A stretch of DNA of 64,000 nt. Source: an uncultured Candidatus Saccharibacteria bacterium (GTDB lineage Bacteria; Patescibacteriota; Saccharimonadia; Saccharimonadales; Saccharimonadaceae). The notes below the pieces were generated by a model. That model saw only the letters and a list, made by a program, of their open reading frames with translations. It was not told the origin of the DNA and searched no databases. This document shows positions 25,604-34,253 of this stretch, one piece after another (position 1 is the first letter of the stretch; each line of letters starts with the position of its first letter). The stretch spans positions 143,473 to 207,472 of the forward strand of contig CAZMZB010000001.1 of assembly GCA_964570845.1 (NCBI GenBank), written 5' to 3'. Made by a program: the position numbers and the translations under genes.

Positions 25604-25942
25604 TTACTTGAAGCGGTCAGCGTTAGTTGGTTTTATAAATCTATTCGGCGGTGAAGGAGTTGGTCTTTGCTTTGTTGATGACAGTGGGTGACGAGGGTAT
25701 GTTAATCCCTCTCTTTCACCAGGTAATATTTCTGTCAGGTTTTTTATCTCTTTTGCAAGCTTCATTTCTTCCGCAGCCGATTTGCGCCCTTCTTCATTAA
25801 GCGCTACTATCGACTCTTTATAGGCACGAATCTTTTCCCGGCTTTTTTCTATTGCTTGGCGCTGCTTAAAAGAGCCCCTGACAAGTTTCTCAGCTCGTCG
25901 ACCGTGTAGCCTTCTCTGATTTTGGTTTGAATCGCTGTTCAT
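25604..25942 (-). CDS. Highly basic hypothetical protein (paralog of the previous gene)
   Basis: 112 aa; shared core motif with 25193-25600 (16/27 identities by eye). 3-nt gap between the two genes. Confidence 0.65.
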   Translation of the reverse strand: MNSDSNQNQRRLHGRRAEKLVRGSFKQRQAIEKSREKIRAYKESIVALNEEGRKSAAEEMKLAKEIKNLTEILPGEREGLTYPRHPLSSTKQRPTPSPPNRFIKPTNADRFK

Positions 25943-25961
25943 GTACCCACTCTTTTATTTT

Positions 25962-26037
25962 TGGTACCCCGGGAGGGACTCGAACCCCCGACCTTGAGCT
26001 TAGAAGTCTCTTGCTCTTCCAGCTGAGCTACCGGGGC
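25962..26037 (-). tRNA. tRNA-Arg (anticodon UCU)
   Basis: 76 nt; acceptor GCCCCGG/CCGGGGU, loop CUUCUAA, T arm GGGGG-UUCGAGU-CCCUC, encoded CCA. The anticodon stem AGAGA/GCUCA has non-Watson-Crick pairs at both ends. Confidence 0.85.
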
Positions 26038-26089
26038 ATATATAAATTGCCGCTTTCCACTCGGTCCCTCCTATTATAAGGAGGAGATT

Positions 26090-26461
26090 CTATTTATACA
26101 ATTTACTTTTGACTCGACCAATAGTGCCGAGATGGGTGTAGCGAAAACCTTTAGGATATTTGAGACCATAGCCAAATGTTCTATCAACAAAAATATGGAA
26201 TAGCCACAATAGGGCAACAAACAAAAGTATATTTTCATTCGTAAATACATATATCACAAGTAAGGCTGCAGGAATAAAGAAACTATGTACAGTGTTATAG
26301 ATGATAGCACCGACCTTATTACTTATAAAATAGCCAATCATACTGATATCAAATAATAGAAATAACAAAACGAGCCAATACCACGCAAACCCAGCATAGA
26401 TATAGATGAGTGCTGTTAAAATCGCTGCTGCTAGATATTCAGATTTAATAAGTCGATTCAT
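26090..26461 (-). CDS. DUF4260-like small membrane protein
   Basis: Start moved to ATG at 26461 (MNRLIKSEY) because the track ORF N-terminus runs into tRNA-Gly. 4 TM helices. Confidence 0.65.
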   Translation of the reverse strand: MNRLIKSEYLAAAILTALIYIYAGFAWYWLVLLFLLFDISMIGYFISNKVGAIIYNTVHSFFIPAALLVIYVFTNENILLFVALLWLFHIFVDRTFGYGLKYPKGFRYTHLGTIGRVKSKLYK

Positions 26462-26473
26462 TGAAAAATATAA

Positions 26474-26548
26474 TGGTGCGGGCGGAGAGAATCGAACTCT
26501 CATCACTTGCTTGGAAGGCAGGTATATTAGCCATTATACGACGCCCGC
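26474..26548 (-). tRNA. tRNA-Gly (anticodon UCC)
   Basis: 75 nt; acceptor GCGGGCG/CGCCCGC, loop CUUCCAA, T arm GAGAG-UUCGAUU-CUCUC, encoded CCA. One C-A mismatch in the anticodon stem. Confidence 0.9.
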
Positions 26549-26563
26549 ATCTGTAAAAGTATA

Positions 26564-27112
26564 TCACGAGAGTGAGTCTATTCCGAGAAGTGTTGCCAAG
26601 AAACTACCCAAGCCGTAGGCAAGTACTGCGGCAATTCCTCCTAAAATCAGTGTTTCAACCGAAGCTTTGAGCGTGTTCGTTTTAGTTACCTTACCTTTTA
26701 AAACTCCTATAAAAAGAAATGTGAGGGCAGTCAGGCACGAGCTAGTCATAAATAGTCCATCTACTGAAAACTTCAGAGAAAAAACAGCATCAAGTATATA
26801 AACAATGAGAGGCACTGCACCCACGATCACAAACGCGATAAATGTTGCAAGCCCCGTCTTAATTGGCGTTCGTTCATGCTGGTGGTTTTTCCTGTCCTTT
26901 CTATCTAAATCTCTTTCAGATTTTGAAGATAAATAGGCACTTGCTCCCATCGAAAACCCGTCTGCAACCAAATTCGCCACTCCTAAAATAATCACGACCA
27001 TACTAGCCAATCTTGCTCCAGCTGCTCCCGCAACAACTGCAAATGTCGTTACAGAGCCGTCAATTGCCCCATAGACAAACTGAGCCAAATATTTCTCAAT
27101 CTTCCCCTTCAT
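26564..27112 (-). CDS. VIT1/CCC1-family iron/manganese transporter
   Basis: 182 aa; N-terminus FVYGAIDGSVTTFAVVAGAAGA and 5 TM layout typical of the VIT family (short form). Confidence 0.8.
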   Translation of the reverse strand: MKGKIEKYLAQFVYGAIDGSVTTFAVVAGAAGARLASMVVIILGVANLVADGFSMGASAYLSSKSERDLDRKDRKNHQHERTPIKTGLATFIAFVIVGAVPLIVYILDAVFSLKFSVDGLFMTSSCLTALTFLFIGVLKGKVTKTNTLKASVETLILGGIAAVLAYGLGSFLATLLGIDSLS

Positions 27113-29504
27113 TGTTTAAACTACTTTCTATATCTTCTTTAGTTATTGTAATTGTACTCCCTGGGGCAACAGATTCTCCCAACATTTTCTTTGCCACGAA
27201 GTTTTCAACCGTTCGCTGAACAACACGACGTAACGGACGAGCACCCAGGCGGGGATCATAGCCTTCGTCCACAAGGATATCTTTTGCTTCTTTATTGACT
27301 TCAACGCTTACTTTTTGCACTGCCAAGTTTTTATTTACTCCTACCAGGATAAGGTCGATTACCTGGTAAAGCTCATCTTTATTCAGCGGTCTAAATACTA
27401 CAATCTCATCAAAGCGGTTGAGAAACTCTGGCTTAAATTGCTGTGAATCAATCAGCCCATCAATAAATTCTTTTTCAAATTCTTCTAACTTTTTACCCTC
27501 ATGAATATATTTTCTGATCTTATCTGCGCCAGCGTTGCTCGTTGCAATGATAATTGCATCCCTGAAGCTCACTTCTTTATTATTTACATCACGCAGAATA
27601 CCTTCATCAAGAAGCTGGAGTAGTGTATTCAAAACATTATCATGCGCCTTCTCGATTTCGTCTAAAAGTACAACACTAAACGGCTGCTTCATGACCTGAG
27701 CGGTCAGACTGTTTGGATTATCAGCTCCATCTGCAATCAGCCGTTCAACATCGTCACCCTTCACGTATTCATTTAAATCAACTCGAACAAGTCTATCTTC
27801 GCCGCCAAAATAGACTTCACCTAATGCTTTTGACAGCTCTGTTTTACCAACTCCGGTTGGTCCTAAAAAGAGAAATGTACCGATCGGCCGGTTTTCATTC
27901 CTCACCCCAGCTCGCGCTCGCCGAAGCGCATCACTCACTACCTTCACTGCTCGTTTTTGGTTAATCATGCGCTCATGAATTTTATCCTCCATATTCAAGA
28001 GTTTTTCTTTCTCCTGCCCTTCGTCCGCCACACCAACCTTGACATTCATCGTTTGCTCAATTGCTTGCTGAACAGATTTAGCCGTCACTAGTCCGCTTTC
28101 AGAATAATTCGCAGATGACTCAAGCAACTTAAATGCCCTGCCTGGCATTGCTAATTCATGAACGTATCTCTCGCTCAAGCGATAGGCCTCTCTCAAAGCT
28201 TGATACGTGTACGTTACCTTATTCTGAAATTCCGTCATAATCAGCTGATTCTGCATGACCCTGAATGTATCTTCCTCTGAAGCCTCAGATACCATCAAAC
28301 GATTCAGCGCACTTACGAGTGATGGATTTCTCTGGGAAATTTCCAGCCAGCGCTGTTCATCCATTGTTAAAATCATTCTGAGTCCGCCGCCTTCAAGCAC
28401 TGGTAAAAGCAGGTTTGTTAAATTTACTGAGCCAACACCCTCTTCAAAAAAGAGCTGTGCATCATCAAGACAAACGATAATATTTTTTGCTCTATAGGCT
28501 TCGCCTAAAGTTCGATTCATCAACTGTTCAATCTCCCCCCTTCCCGGTGCCGCAGAAATTAGTGACGAGGCATCAAGCATAATCACCTGACGAAATTTCA
28601 ACGTACCAGACAAACGAGAAGAGGCATCAAGAAGCTTTTCAGCAAATCGTCGCACGAGCATTGTCTTACCAACACCCGCTGGTCCAACAAGTGTAATATT
28701 TTGTCTTCCACCGCTGCTAAATGTATTCACCATTTGGTCTAATACTTTATCCTGTGAAGCAATATCCGCATGAAAGAGTCCACTATGTGCGATGCGGTTA
28801 CTCTCATTTACTCCAAAATGTTTGAGAAGTGGAATCCAGCCAAATGAAAAATCTCGAGCAATACCACCTGTTCGTTTTGGTTTTTCTTGTGCGGCAATAA
28901 TGTCCTGAATTTGGTGATACCATTTTACCCCGTTAATAAGATCTTCTTCACTTATTTTGAGGGGAGCAAGCAATGTCGCAATGTCGGGGTTAGTTTTTGT
29001 AATTGCCACAATTAAAATCGGTGCGGATATTTTTTGAGCATCAACTTCTTCTTTAATTTGTAGAGCTAATTGCCATGCGTCACCTAGTGATTTATTCTCT
29101 TCTATTGCTGTCTGCAAAAACGATACTCCGACTCCAAAGCGTATCGCAAGAAATTGTCCGCCAGCTGACTGCATTGCTGCTTGCGCAGCACTAAGAAGGG
29201 TTGGCGAAGCTGGTAATCGTGCTAAAATTTCACCCTCAAGCAAGCTGTCAATACTGTTACCCGAAGACTTTGGCGCCAGGTTTTTTAGTTCACCACTCCA
29301 CCACTTAAAAAGTACGATAGGAAATGCTGCCAACGAGCCGACAAACCACCCTAGTGAAACTCCCATAAATAGCAGCGTAGTGCCGCCAGCGATAAATAGT
29401 AAAGCCACAATGAGTAGTATCGTTTGCAAAGGCTTTGTAAAGAGACGAGATAGACGTGCCTTGGCTGCTCGTGAGCTGGCATAGTTAAACACTACCGTAT
29501 CCAT
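27096..29504 (-). CDS. Membrane-anchored double-AAA+ Clp/Hsp100-like ATPase
   Basis: NBD1 Walker A GPAGVGKT. NBD2 FLFLGPTGVGKTELSKAL, Walker B VVLLDEIEKAH, sensor TSNAG. The N-terminal roughly 100 aa carry TM helices instead of a Clp_N domain. No long M-domain and no IGF/IGL loop seen. Start moved to ATG at 29504. Confidence 0.85.
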   Translation of the reverse strand: MDTVVFNYASSRAAKARLSRLFTKPLQTILLIVALLFIAGGTTLLFMGVSLGWFVGSLAAFPIVLFKWWSGELKNLAPKSSGNSIDSLLEGEILARLPASPTLLSAAQAAMQSAGGQFLAIRFGVGVSFLQTAIEENKSLGDAWQLALQIKEEVDAQKISAPILIVAITKTNPDIATLLAPLKISEEDLINGVKWYHQIQDIIAAQEKPKRTGGIARDFSFGWIPLLKHFGVNESNRIAHSGLFHADIASQDKVLDQMVNTFSSGGRQNITLVGPAGVGKTMLVRRFAEKLLDASSRLSGTLKFRQVIMLDASSLISAAPGRGEIEQLMNRTLGEAYRAKNIIVCLDDAQLFFEEGVGSVNLTNLLLPVLEGGGLRMILTMDEQRWLEISQRNPSLVSALNRLMVSEASEEDTFRVMQNQLIMTEFQNKVTYTYQALREAYRLSERYVHELAMPGRAFKLLESSANYSESGLVTAKSVQQAIEQTMNVKVGVADEGQEKEKLLNMEDKIHERMINQKRAVKVVSDALRRARAGVRNENRPIGTFLFLGPTGVGKTELSKALGEVYFGGEDRLVRVDLNEYVKGDDVERLIADGADNPNSLTAQVMKQPFSVVLLDEIEKAHDNVLNTLLQLLDEGILRDVNNKEVSFRDAIIIATSNAGADKIRKYIHEGKKLEEFEKEFIDGLIDSQQFKPEFLNRFDEIVVFRPLNKDELYQVIDLILVGVNKNLAVQKVSVEVNKEAKDILVDEGYDPRLGARPLRRVVQRTVENFVAKKMLGESVAPGSTITITKEDIESSLNNEGED

Positions 29505-29878
29505 GGCACCCACCCTGAAATTGCAAGAATTAGCCCAACAATCGGTAAAAATGGCACGATTGGCCAAATAAGCAGTGAGAGGATTCCATAAATACTTGTT
29601 GCGCATAACACTAAAATACCGGTTAGAATAATAATCATACGTACAGTAGCGCCAACAAAACGAGAAACCAGCTTATCGAGCCACGCTTGAAATTTTTGGC
29701 CAAGTGAGCCATCAACATGTGAGTTAGCTGATATTTGCCTAAATGGTGAAAAAAGTGTTTTTAATAAAAGGTCAATTGAGAAATAGTCCATCATGCTGGC
29801 TAATCGCTCACCAGAAAGACTGGCCTGTCTGCGCCACCCTGTACCATACCACCACGAAATAAGAGCTATTATAAGCAT
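29492..29878 (-). CDS. Small polytopic membrane protein, coupled to the Clp-like gene
   Basis: 128 aa, 3-4 TM helices. Its 3' end overlaps the Clp-like start by 13 nt. Confidence 0.6.
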   Translation of the reverse strand: MLIIALISWWYGTGWRRQASLSGERLASMMDYFSIDLLLKTLFSPFRQISANSHVDGSLGQKFQAWLDKLVSRFVGATVRMIIILTGILVLCATSIYGILSLLIWPIVPFLPIVGLILAISGWVPWIR

Positions 29879-29923
29879 AGGCTTATTGTATCATTTTTTC
29901 TTCTTTCATATGAGGTATAATAA

Positions 29924-31201
29924 TTGGTAATGTTTCCTGTTATCACTCTTGGAAAAAGTATCAAAAAAGCCATGCACCTTCGTGGTGGCGGTTCAACGCT
30001 GCCTGGGCTTGTGGTTGAGCGAATTGACCCTAAATTTCTAAAAAGGACTTTAAAGCAGCCGCCTCACGGCGTGGTGGTTATTTCTGGCACTAATGGCAAA
30101 ACGACGACGACAAAAATGGTAGTTGAACTTTTAGAATCTCAAGGGCTAAAAGTCTTTAGTAACCCGACTGGCAGTAATTTTACACGCGGCATTGTGAGTT
30201 CACTACTTGATTCTGTTAACGCAAAGGGCAAGCTAAGTGCAGATATTGCTGTCTTAGAACTTGATGAGGCACACGCAGTTCATTTCGTGAATGACGTGCA
30301 GCCAAAATATAGTCTGTTACTTAATGTCATGCGAGATCAGCTTGATAGATTTGGTGAAATCGATACCACGGCAAGTATGCTTGAAACAGTCGCTCAAAAA
30401 ACGACCGGTGCTGTTGTTTTAAACCGTGAAGACCCACGAGTTCGAGCCATCGCTACTTCACTAAAAAATCAATCCGTCAGTTATTTTGGCTTAAGCAAAG
30501 AGGCAAAAGCTCACTTTCCAAATGATGATGAGTTACATGCCAAGAAAAAAGTAGCTACTACAGCCAAAAAATCTGCAAACGACACTGTCTTAGGGTCTTT
30601 TAAAAATAGTTCAGCTGTTTTCAAGTTTAACGGTAAAGAAAAGAAAACTTCCTTAAAACTAGATGGGATTTATAACGTTTTTAACGCTGCTGCAGCTTTA
30701 GCGCTCGTCAAAGAAATTGCTGGAGAAAAGCTCAACGAGAAAGCTCTTTTTAATGCTCTAAAAAACGTCACGCCCGCTTTTGGTCGCGGTGAAGTGATTG
30801 AAGTTGAAGGCAAGCCGCTGGAGCTGGTTTTGGTAAAAAACCCAGCAGGTTTTCAGCTTAGCCTAAAGTCTTTTAATTCAACAGGATACACCACCATGAT
30901 CGCCATAAACGATAACTATGCTGATGGGCGAGACATGTCGTGGCTTTGGGACGTTGATTTTTCGAGTCTACAAAAAGAAGGGATCGCCAGTGTCAGTGGT
31001 GTGCGAGCATATGATATGGCTTTGCGGCTACAATATGACGATGTTCCGGTTGAAAATGTTTGCACAGATTTAAAGGCAGCCTTGAAGCAATTTAATGGCG
31101 AAAATAAAGACAAGCCAAAGCGAATTTTCTGCACTTATACTGCTATGCTCACTCTCAGAAAAGAGCTCGGTAAAACCTTAAACATGGAGTCTAAAAAGTG
31201 A
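29924..31201 (+). CDS. murT: Lipid II isoglutaminyl synthase, Mur-ligase subunit
   Basis: 425 aa; Mur ligase P-loop ISGTNGKTTTT and a C-terminal DUF1727-like part. Translationally coupled (overlap GTGA) to a GatD-like amidotransferase. Confidence 0.85.
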   Translation: MVMFPVITLGKSIKKAMHLRGGGSTLPGLVVERIDPKFLKRTLKQPPHGVVVISGTNGKTTTTKMVVELLESQGLKVFSNPTGSNFTRGIVSSLLDSVNAKGKLSADIAVLELDEAHAVHFVNDVQPKYSLLLNVMRDQLDRFGEIDTTASMLETVAQKTTGAVVLNREDPRVRAIATSLKNQSVSYFGLSKEAKAHFPNDDELHAKKKVATTAKKSANDTVLGSFKNSSAVFKFNGKEKKTSLKLDGIYNVFNAAAALALVKEIAGEKLNEKALFNALKNVTPAFGRGEVIEVEGKPLELVLVKNPAGFQLSLKSFNSTGYTTMIAINDNYADGRDMSWLWDVDFSSLQKEGIASVSGVRAYDMALRLQYDDVPVENVCTDLKAALKQFNGENKDKPKRIFCTYTAMLTLRKELGKTLNMESKK

Positions 31202-31920
31202 ATAAAAAAACATTAACCATTGTTCAACTTTATCCGCAGGAAATGAATATTTATGGCGACTGGGGAAATGCCTTAACGCTAAAAAAGCGGCTTGAGTGGC
31301 AAGGTTATGCTGTGAACATTCTTCACCATGAACCAGGCAAGACCTTCCCTAAAAATGCGGATATTATTATTGGTGGTGGCGGACAAGACTCTGGGCAAAC
31401 CAAAGTACAGAAAGACCTTCTGAAAATTGGCTCTCAGCTTCACAAACTTGCAGATGACGGCACGCCAATGCTCATGATTTGTGGACTCTATCAGCTATTC
31501 GGGCGCTATTTCAAAACCAGCGACAACAAAGTAATCGAAGGTATTGGTTTATTTAAAGCCGAGACAATTGCGAGTGAAAAACGCATGATTGGTAATATCA
31601 ATCTTGAAACAGAGTTTGGGCAAGTTATTGGCTATGAAAATCACTCCGGCAAAACCTATCTTGATAAAGGTCAGAAGCCTTTTGGCACCGTCACGAAAGG
31701 TGATGGCAATAATGGTGAAGATGAAACTGAAGGCGCACGCTATAAAAACGTGATTGGCAGCTATCTTCACGGTTCTCTACTACCAAAAAATCCAAGCTTG
31801 GCAGACTTCTTAATTGAACAGGCAGCTATTAAAAAGTTTGGAGAATATACCGTTCAAAAACATATTGACGACTCATTTGCGAACCAAGCAAGAGTAATCT
31901 CAGCCAAGCGACCAAGATAA
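31198..31920 (+). CDS. gatD: Lipid II isoglutaminyl synthase, glutaminase subunit
   Basis: 240 aa CobB/CobQ-like GATase: IIIGGGGQD, nucleophile context MICGLYQLFG, HGSLLPKNP. Confidence 0.85.
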   Translation: MNKKTLTIVQLYPQEMNIYGDWGNALTLKKRLEWQGYAVNILHHEPGKTFPKNADIIIGGGGQDSGQTKVQKDLLKIGSQLHKLADDGTPMLMICGLYQLFGRYFKTSDNKVIEGIGLFKAETIASEKRMIGNINLETEFGQVIGYENHSGKTYLDKGQKPFGTVTKGDGNNGEDETEGARYKNVIGSYLHGSLLPKNPSLADFLIEQAAIKKFGEYTVQKHIDDSFANQARVISAKRPR

Positions 31921-31967
31921 AAGACCCTCGAGAATTGGGAGTCTTTTATCTATTGTCTGTTCTATAT

Positions 31968-32537
31968 CTAATATGTTGATTTTGTTTTGCTGCTGACTTT
32001 ATCTTGAGAGAATGTTACTGTAATCGCACCCTTATCGATGATGACGTTTCCGTAAGTACAAAGTTCACTTTTTCCTAGACCATCTATTTCGCTTTCAGTA
32101 CAACTCTCAGACTCTTTACCAGTCGCCTCTTCAACTTGTGCCTTGGTCATACCATTCTCAATTTTCGCATAAGCAGCTTCCATATCCCACTCCTCTTCCT
32201 CAGTTGTTGCATTTTCTTCTGGGGCGACGGATTCGGAGGTAGATGACTTATTATTACTACCGCTAGTTGTATCATCTAATGCATCACTAAATAACTTCTG
32301 TGAAGCTAGAACCAAAACAATAGTTAAAACAGCTAGAATAACTGCCGCAATTGCTTTGCCTTTGCCTGATTTTCTACCATTTTTAGTCTGTACAATTCCA
32401 ATTATGCCAAAAACTAAGCCCAGCAAAGCTAAGATGAAAGCAATGTTATTTATAATTGGAATGATCGATAAACAAATTCCAATAATACCTAGTGCCATTC
32501 CAGCTGTTGCTAGACCTGACTTTTCTTTTTGAGCCAT
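31968..32537 (-). CDS. DUF4190-type membrane protein with small C-terminal globular domain
   Basis: 189 aa; N-terminal GLATAGMALGIIGICLSIIP... helices, acidic linker, C-terminal AAYAKIENGMTKAQVEEATG... (SmpA/DUF3862-like). Confidence 0.65.
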   Translation of the reverse strand: MAQKEKSGLATAGMALGIIGICLSIIPIINNIAFILALLGLVFGIIGIVQTKNGRKSGKGKAIAAVILAVLTIVLVLASQKLFSDALDDTTSGSNNKSSTSESVAPEENATTEEEEWDMEAAYAKIENGMTKAQVEEATGKESESCTESEIDGLGKSELCTYGNVIIDKGAITVTFSQDKVSSKTKSTY

Positions 32538-32598
32538 TTTCTTCTCCTTAAACCTTAATTACTTAAAATAAAATATATATCACTAAAACCTTAAATAA

Positions 32599-32616
32599 CA
32601 CTGACAAATGTCAGTG
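32599..32616. promoter_or_regulatory. Perfect 18-bp palindrome (candidate operator)
   Basis: CACTGACA-AA-TGTCAGTG read directly, 35 nt upstream of the XRE regulator ATG and in the divergent promoter region. Confidence 0.5.
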
Positions 32617-32650
32617 GTTGCTGATTAATGTAAGCAATAGCCTAAAGGTA

Positions 32651-32866
32651 ATGACAGATGATATTTATAAGATAATTGGCGAGCGCATTAGAAAGCTACG
32701 AAAAGCACACGGCCTAAGTCAAGAAAAGCTCGCCGAACGAGCCGGAATCGATAGGAGTCATATGGGTTTTATTGAACAAGGTCGCCGCCAACCAACCCTT
32801 TCAACTCTTCACAAACTCACAAAAACTTTGGATATCTCTTTAGAAGAATTATTTCGCGGTTTGTAG
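32651..32866 (+). CDS. XRE-family HTH transcriptional regulator
   Basis: 71 aa; ERIRKLRKAHGLSQEKLAERAGIDRSHMGFIEQGRRQPTLSTLHKL. ATG at 32651 preferred over the TTG at 32618. Confidence 0.85.
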   Translation: MTDDIYKIIGERIRKLRKAHGLSQEKLAERAGIDRSHMGFIEQGRRQPTLSTLHKLTKTLDISLEELFRGL

Positions 32867-33313
32867 TTCTTTGAGAGCCTCAACCACTTTATCGCCATGC
32901 CCCGTTGGTGTTACACGCCCAAAAACTTTCACAACTTGCCCATCTGGATTTATGATAAATGTTTTCCTCAAGATTCCCTCTTTACCAAACATCTTTTTAC
33001 CCCATGCACCGTAAGCTTCAATGACCGTTCGGTCTGGGTCGCTGAGAAGTGTGAAATTGAGCGAGTGTTTTTCTTTAAATTTTTCGTGTGAATTTGGCTC
33101 ATCCATAGAAATTCCAACAATTTCTGCGCCAAGCTTAGCTAGATCGTCTCGTGCATCTCGCAAGCTACACGCTTCGACAGTGCAACCTGGTGTATCGTCT
33201 TTGGGGTAAAAATAGAGCACAAGCCACTTCCCCCCATAGTCTTTCAAAGAGTGTCGCTTGCTATCGGAGCTCACGAGTGAAAAATCCGGCGCAAAATAGG
33301 GTGATTTTTTCAT
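32849..33313 (-). CDS. bcp: Peroxiredoxin, Bcp type
   Basis: 154 aa; FYPKDDTPGCTVEAC active-site motif. Confidence 0.9.
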   Translation of the reverse strand: MKKSPYFAPDFSLVSSDSKRHSLKDYGGKWLVLYFYPKDDTPGCTVEACSLRDARDDLAKLGAEIVGISMDEPNSHEKFKEKHSLNFTLLSDPDRTVIEAYGAWGKKMFGKEGILRKTFIINPDGQVVKVFGRVTPTGHGDKVVEALKELQTAK

Positions 33314-33397
33314 ATCTCTATTATAGCAACTTCTTGCTTTTTTATCTTTGGTTCATCTATACTGAGAACAAATTATAAGCACAAGGACTAATTCAAT

Positions 33398-34084
33398 ATG
33401 CCTCCAGAGTATCCGACAGAGACTCACGAAAAAAAGAGTAAAAAGAAACTCATTTTAGTTCTTGCTCTTTTTACTTTTTTAATTGCAGGGACAACAACAT
33501 TTGGGCTGCTCTATTACAAAACAAAGATGAGTAGTGATGAAGAACTTGCCAAGAAGCAAAAAACAATTAAAGAGCTTGAGTTGCGAAATACAAATTATCT
33601 CAAGCAAATTGACGAGCTAAAGAAGATAGACGCTGACGAAGCTGAGCAAGTCACAGAAGATGCCTCTTTTAGGGAAATCCCAGAACTAGGTGTGCAATAT
33701 GCTCTAAATGAGAGTACAAGCAGCTTAACTTACGTATACCGCGGGAATGACACTGTTGGTTTCTCAAACATAAAGATAGCTGACGCTGATGATCCGGCAA
33801 ATCCTCTTTGTTTTTCCGGACTAGGTTCAATATCAAAGCTAGCGCCATCTGATAGATACGGTGCTTCAGAAGAGACCGCTGAAACAGCTGCTCAGCGTAT
33901 GCTCGGAAATGCAGAAACTAAGAATAACGTTAAAAAAATAGGTGATAATTACTTCTTTTATTCTCCTGGGAATCAACCTTGTTATAATGCATCACAAAAT
34001 AAAGCTGCGTTAGAGCCTCTCATCACACTGGAATCTCGAGCAATTGTGACTCAGGCACTACAGTCATTCCAAATTTCCGAATAG
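33398..34084 (+). CDS. Membrane-anchored hypothetical protein with coiled coil
   Basis: 228 aa; N-terminal TM, coiled-coil stretch (KKQKTIKELELRNTNYLKQIDELKK), globular C-terminus. No family recognised. Confidence 0.65.
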   Translation: MPPEYPTETHEKKSKKKLILVLALFTFLIAGTTTFGLLYYKTKMSSDEELAKKQKTIKELELRNTNYLKQIDELKKIDADEAEQVTEDASFREIPELGVQYALNESTSSLTYVYRGNDTVGFSNIKIADADDPANPLCFSGLGSISKLAPSDRYGASEETAETAAQRMLGNAETKNNVKKIGDNYFFYSPGNQPCYNASQNKAALEPLITLESRAIVTQALQSFQISE

Positions 34085-34128
34085 AATATAAATTAAAAAA
34101 TAACCCTCAGTGAAGAAGGTATTTTGAA

Positions 34129-34204
34129 TGGTCGGGGTGACTGGATTCGAACCAGCGACCTCACGGTCCCAAACCGTGCGCGCTACCAACTGCGCCACAC
34201 CCCG
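34129..34204 (-). tRNA. tRNA-Pro (anticodon UGG)
   Basis: 76 nt; acceptor CGGGGUG/CACCCCG, anticodon arm CACGG-UUUGGGA-CCGUG, T arm GCUGG-UUCGAAU-CCAGU, encoded CCA. Confidence 0.95.
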
Positions 34205-34253
34205 ATAGGTGTAACCTGGTTATTATACCAGAAGTTACACTGTTAACGTACCA

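Noticed and set aside
26462-26506. N-terminal extension of the DUF4260-like ORF (MMRVRFSPPAPLYFS)
   Set aside because: It overlaps tRNA-Gly(UCC) at 26474-26548, and the internal ATG at 26461 gives a sensible start.
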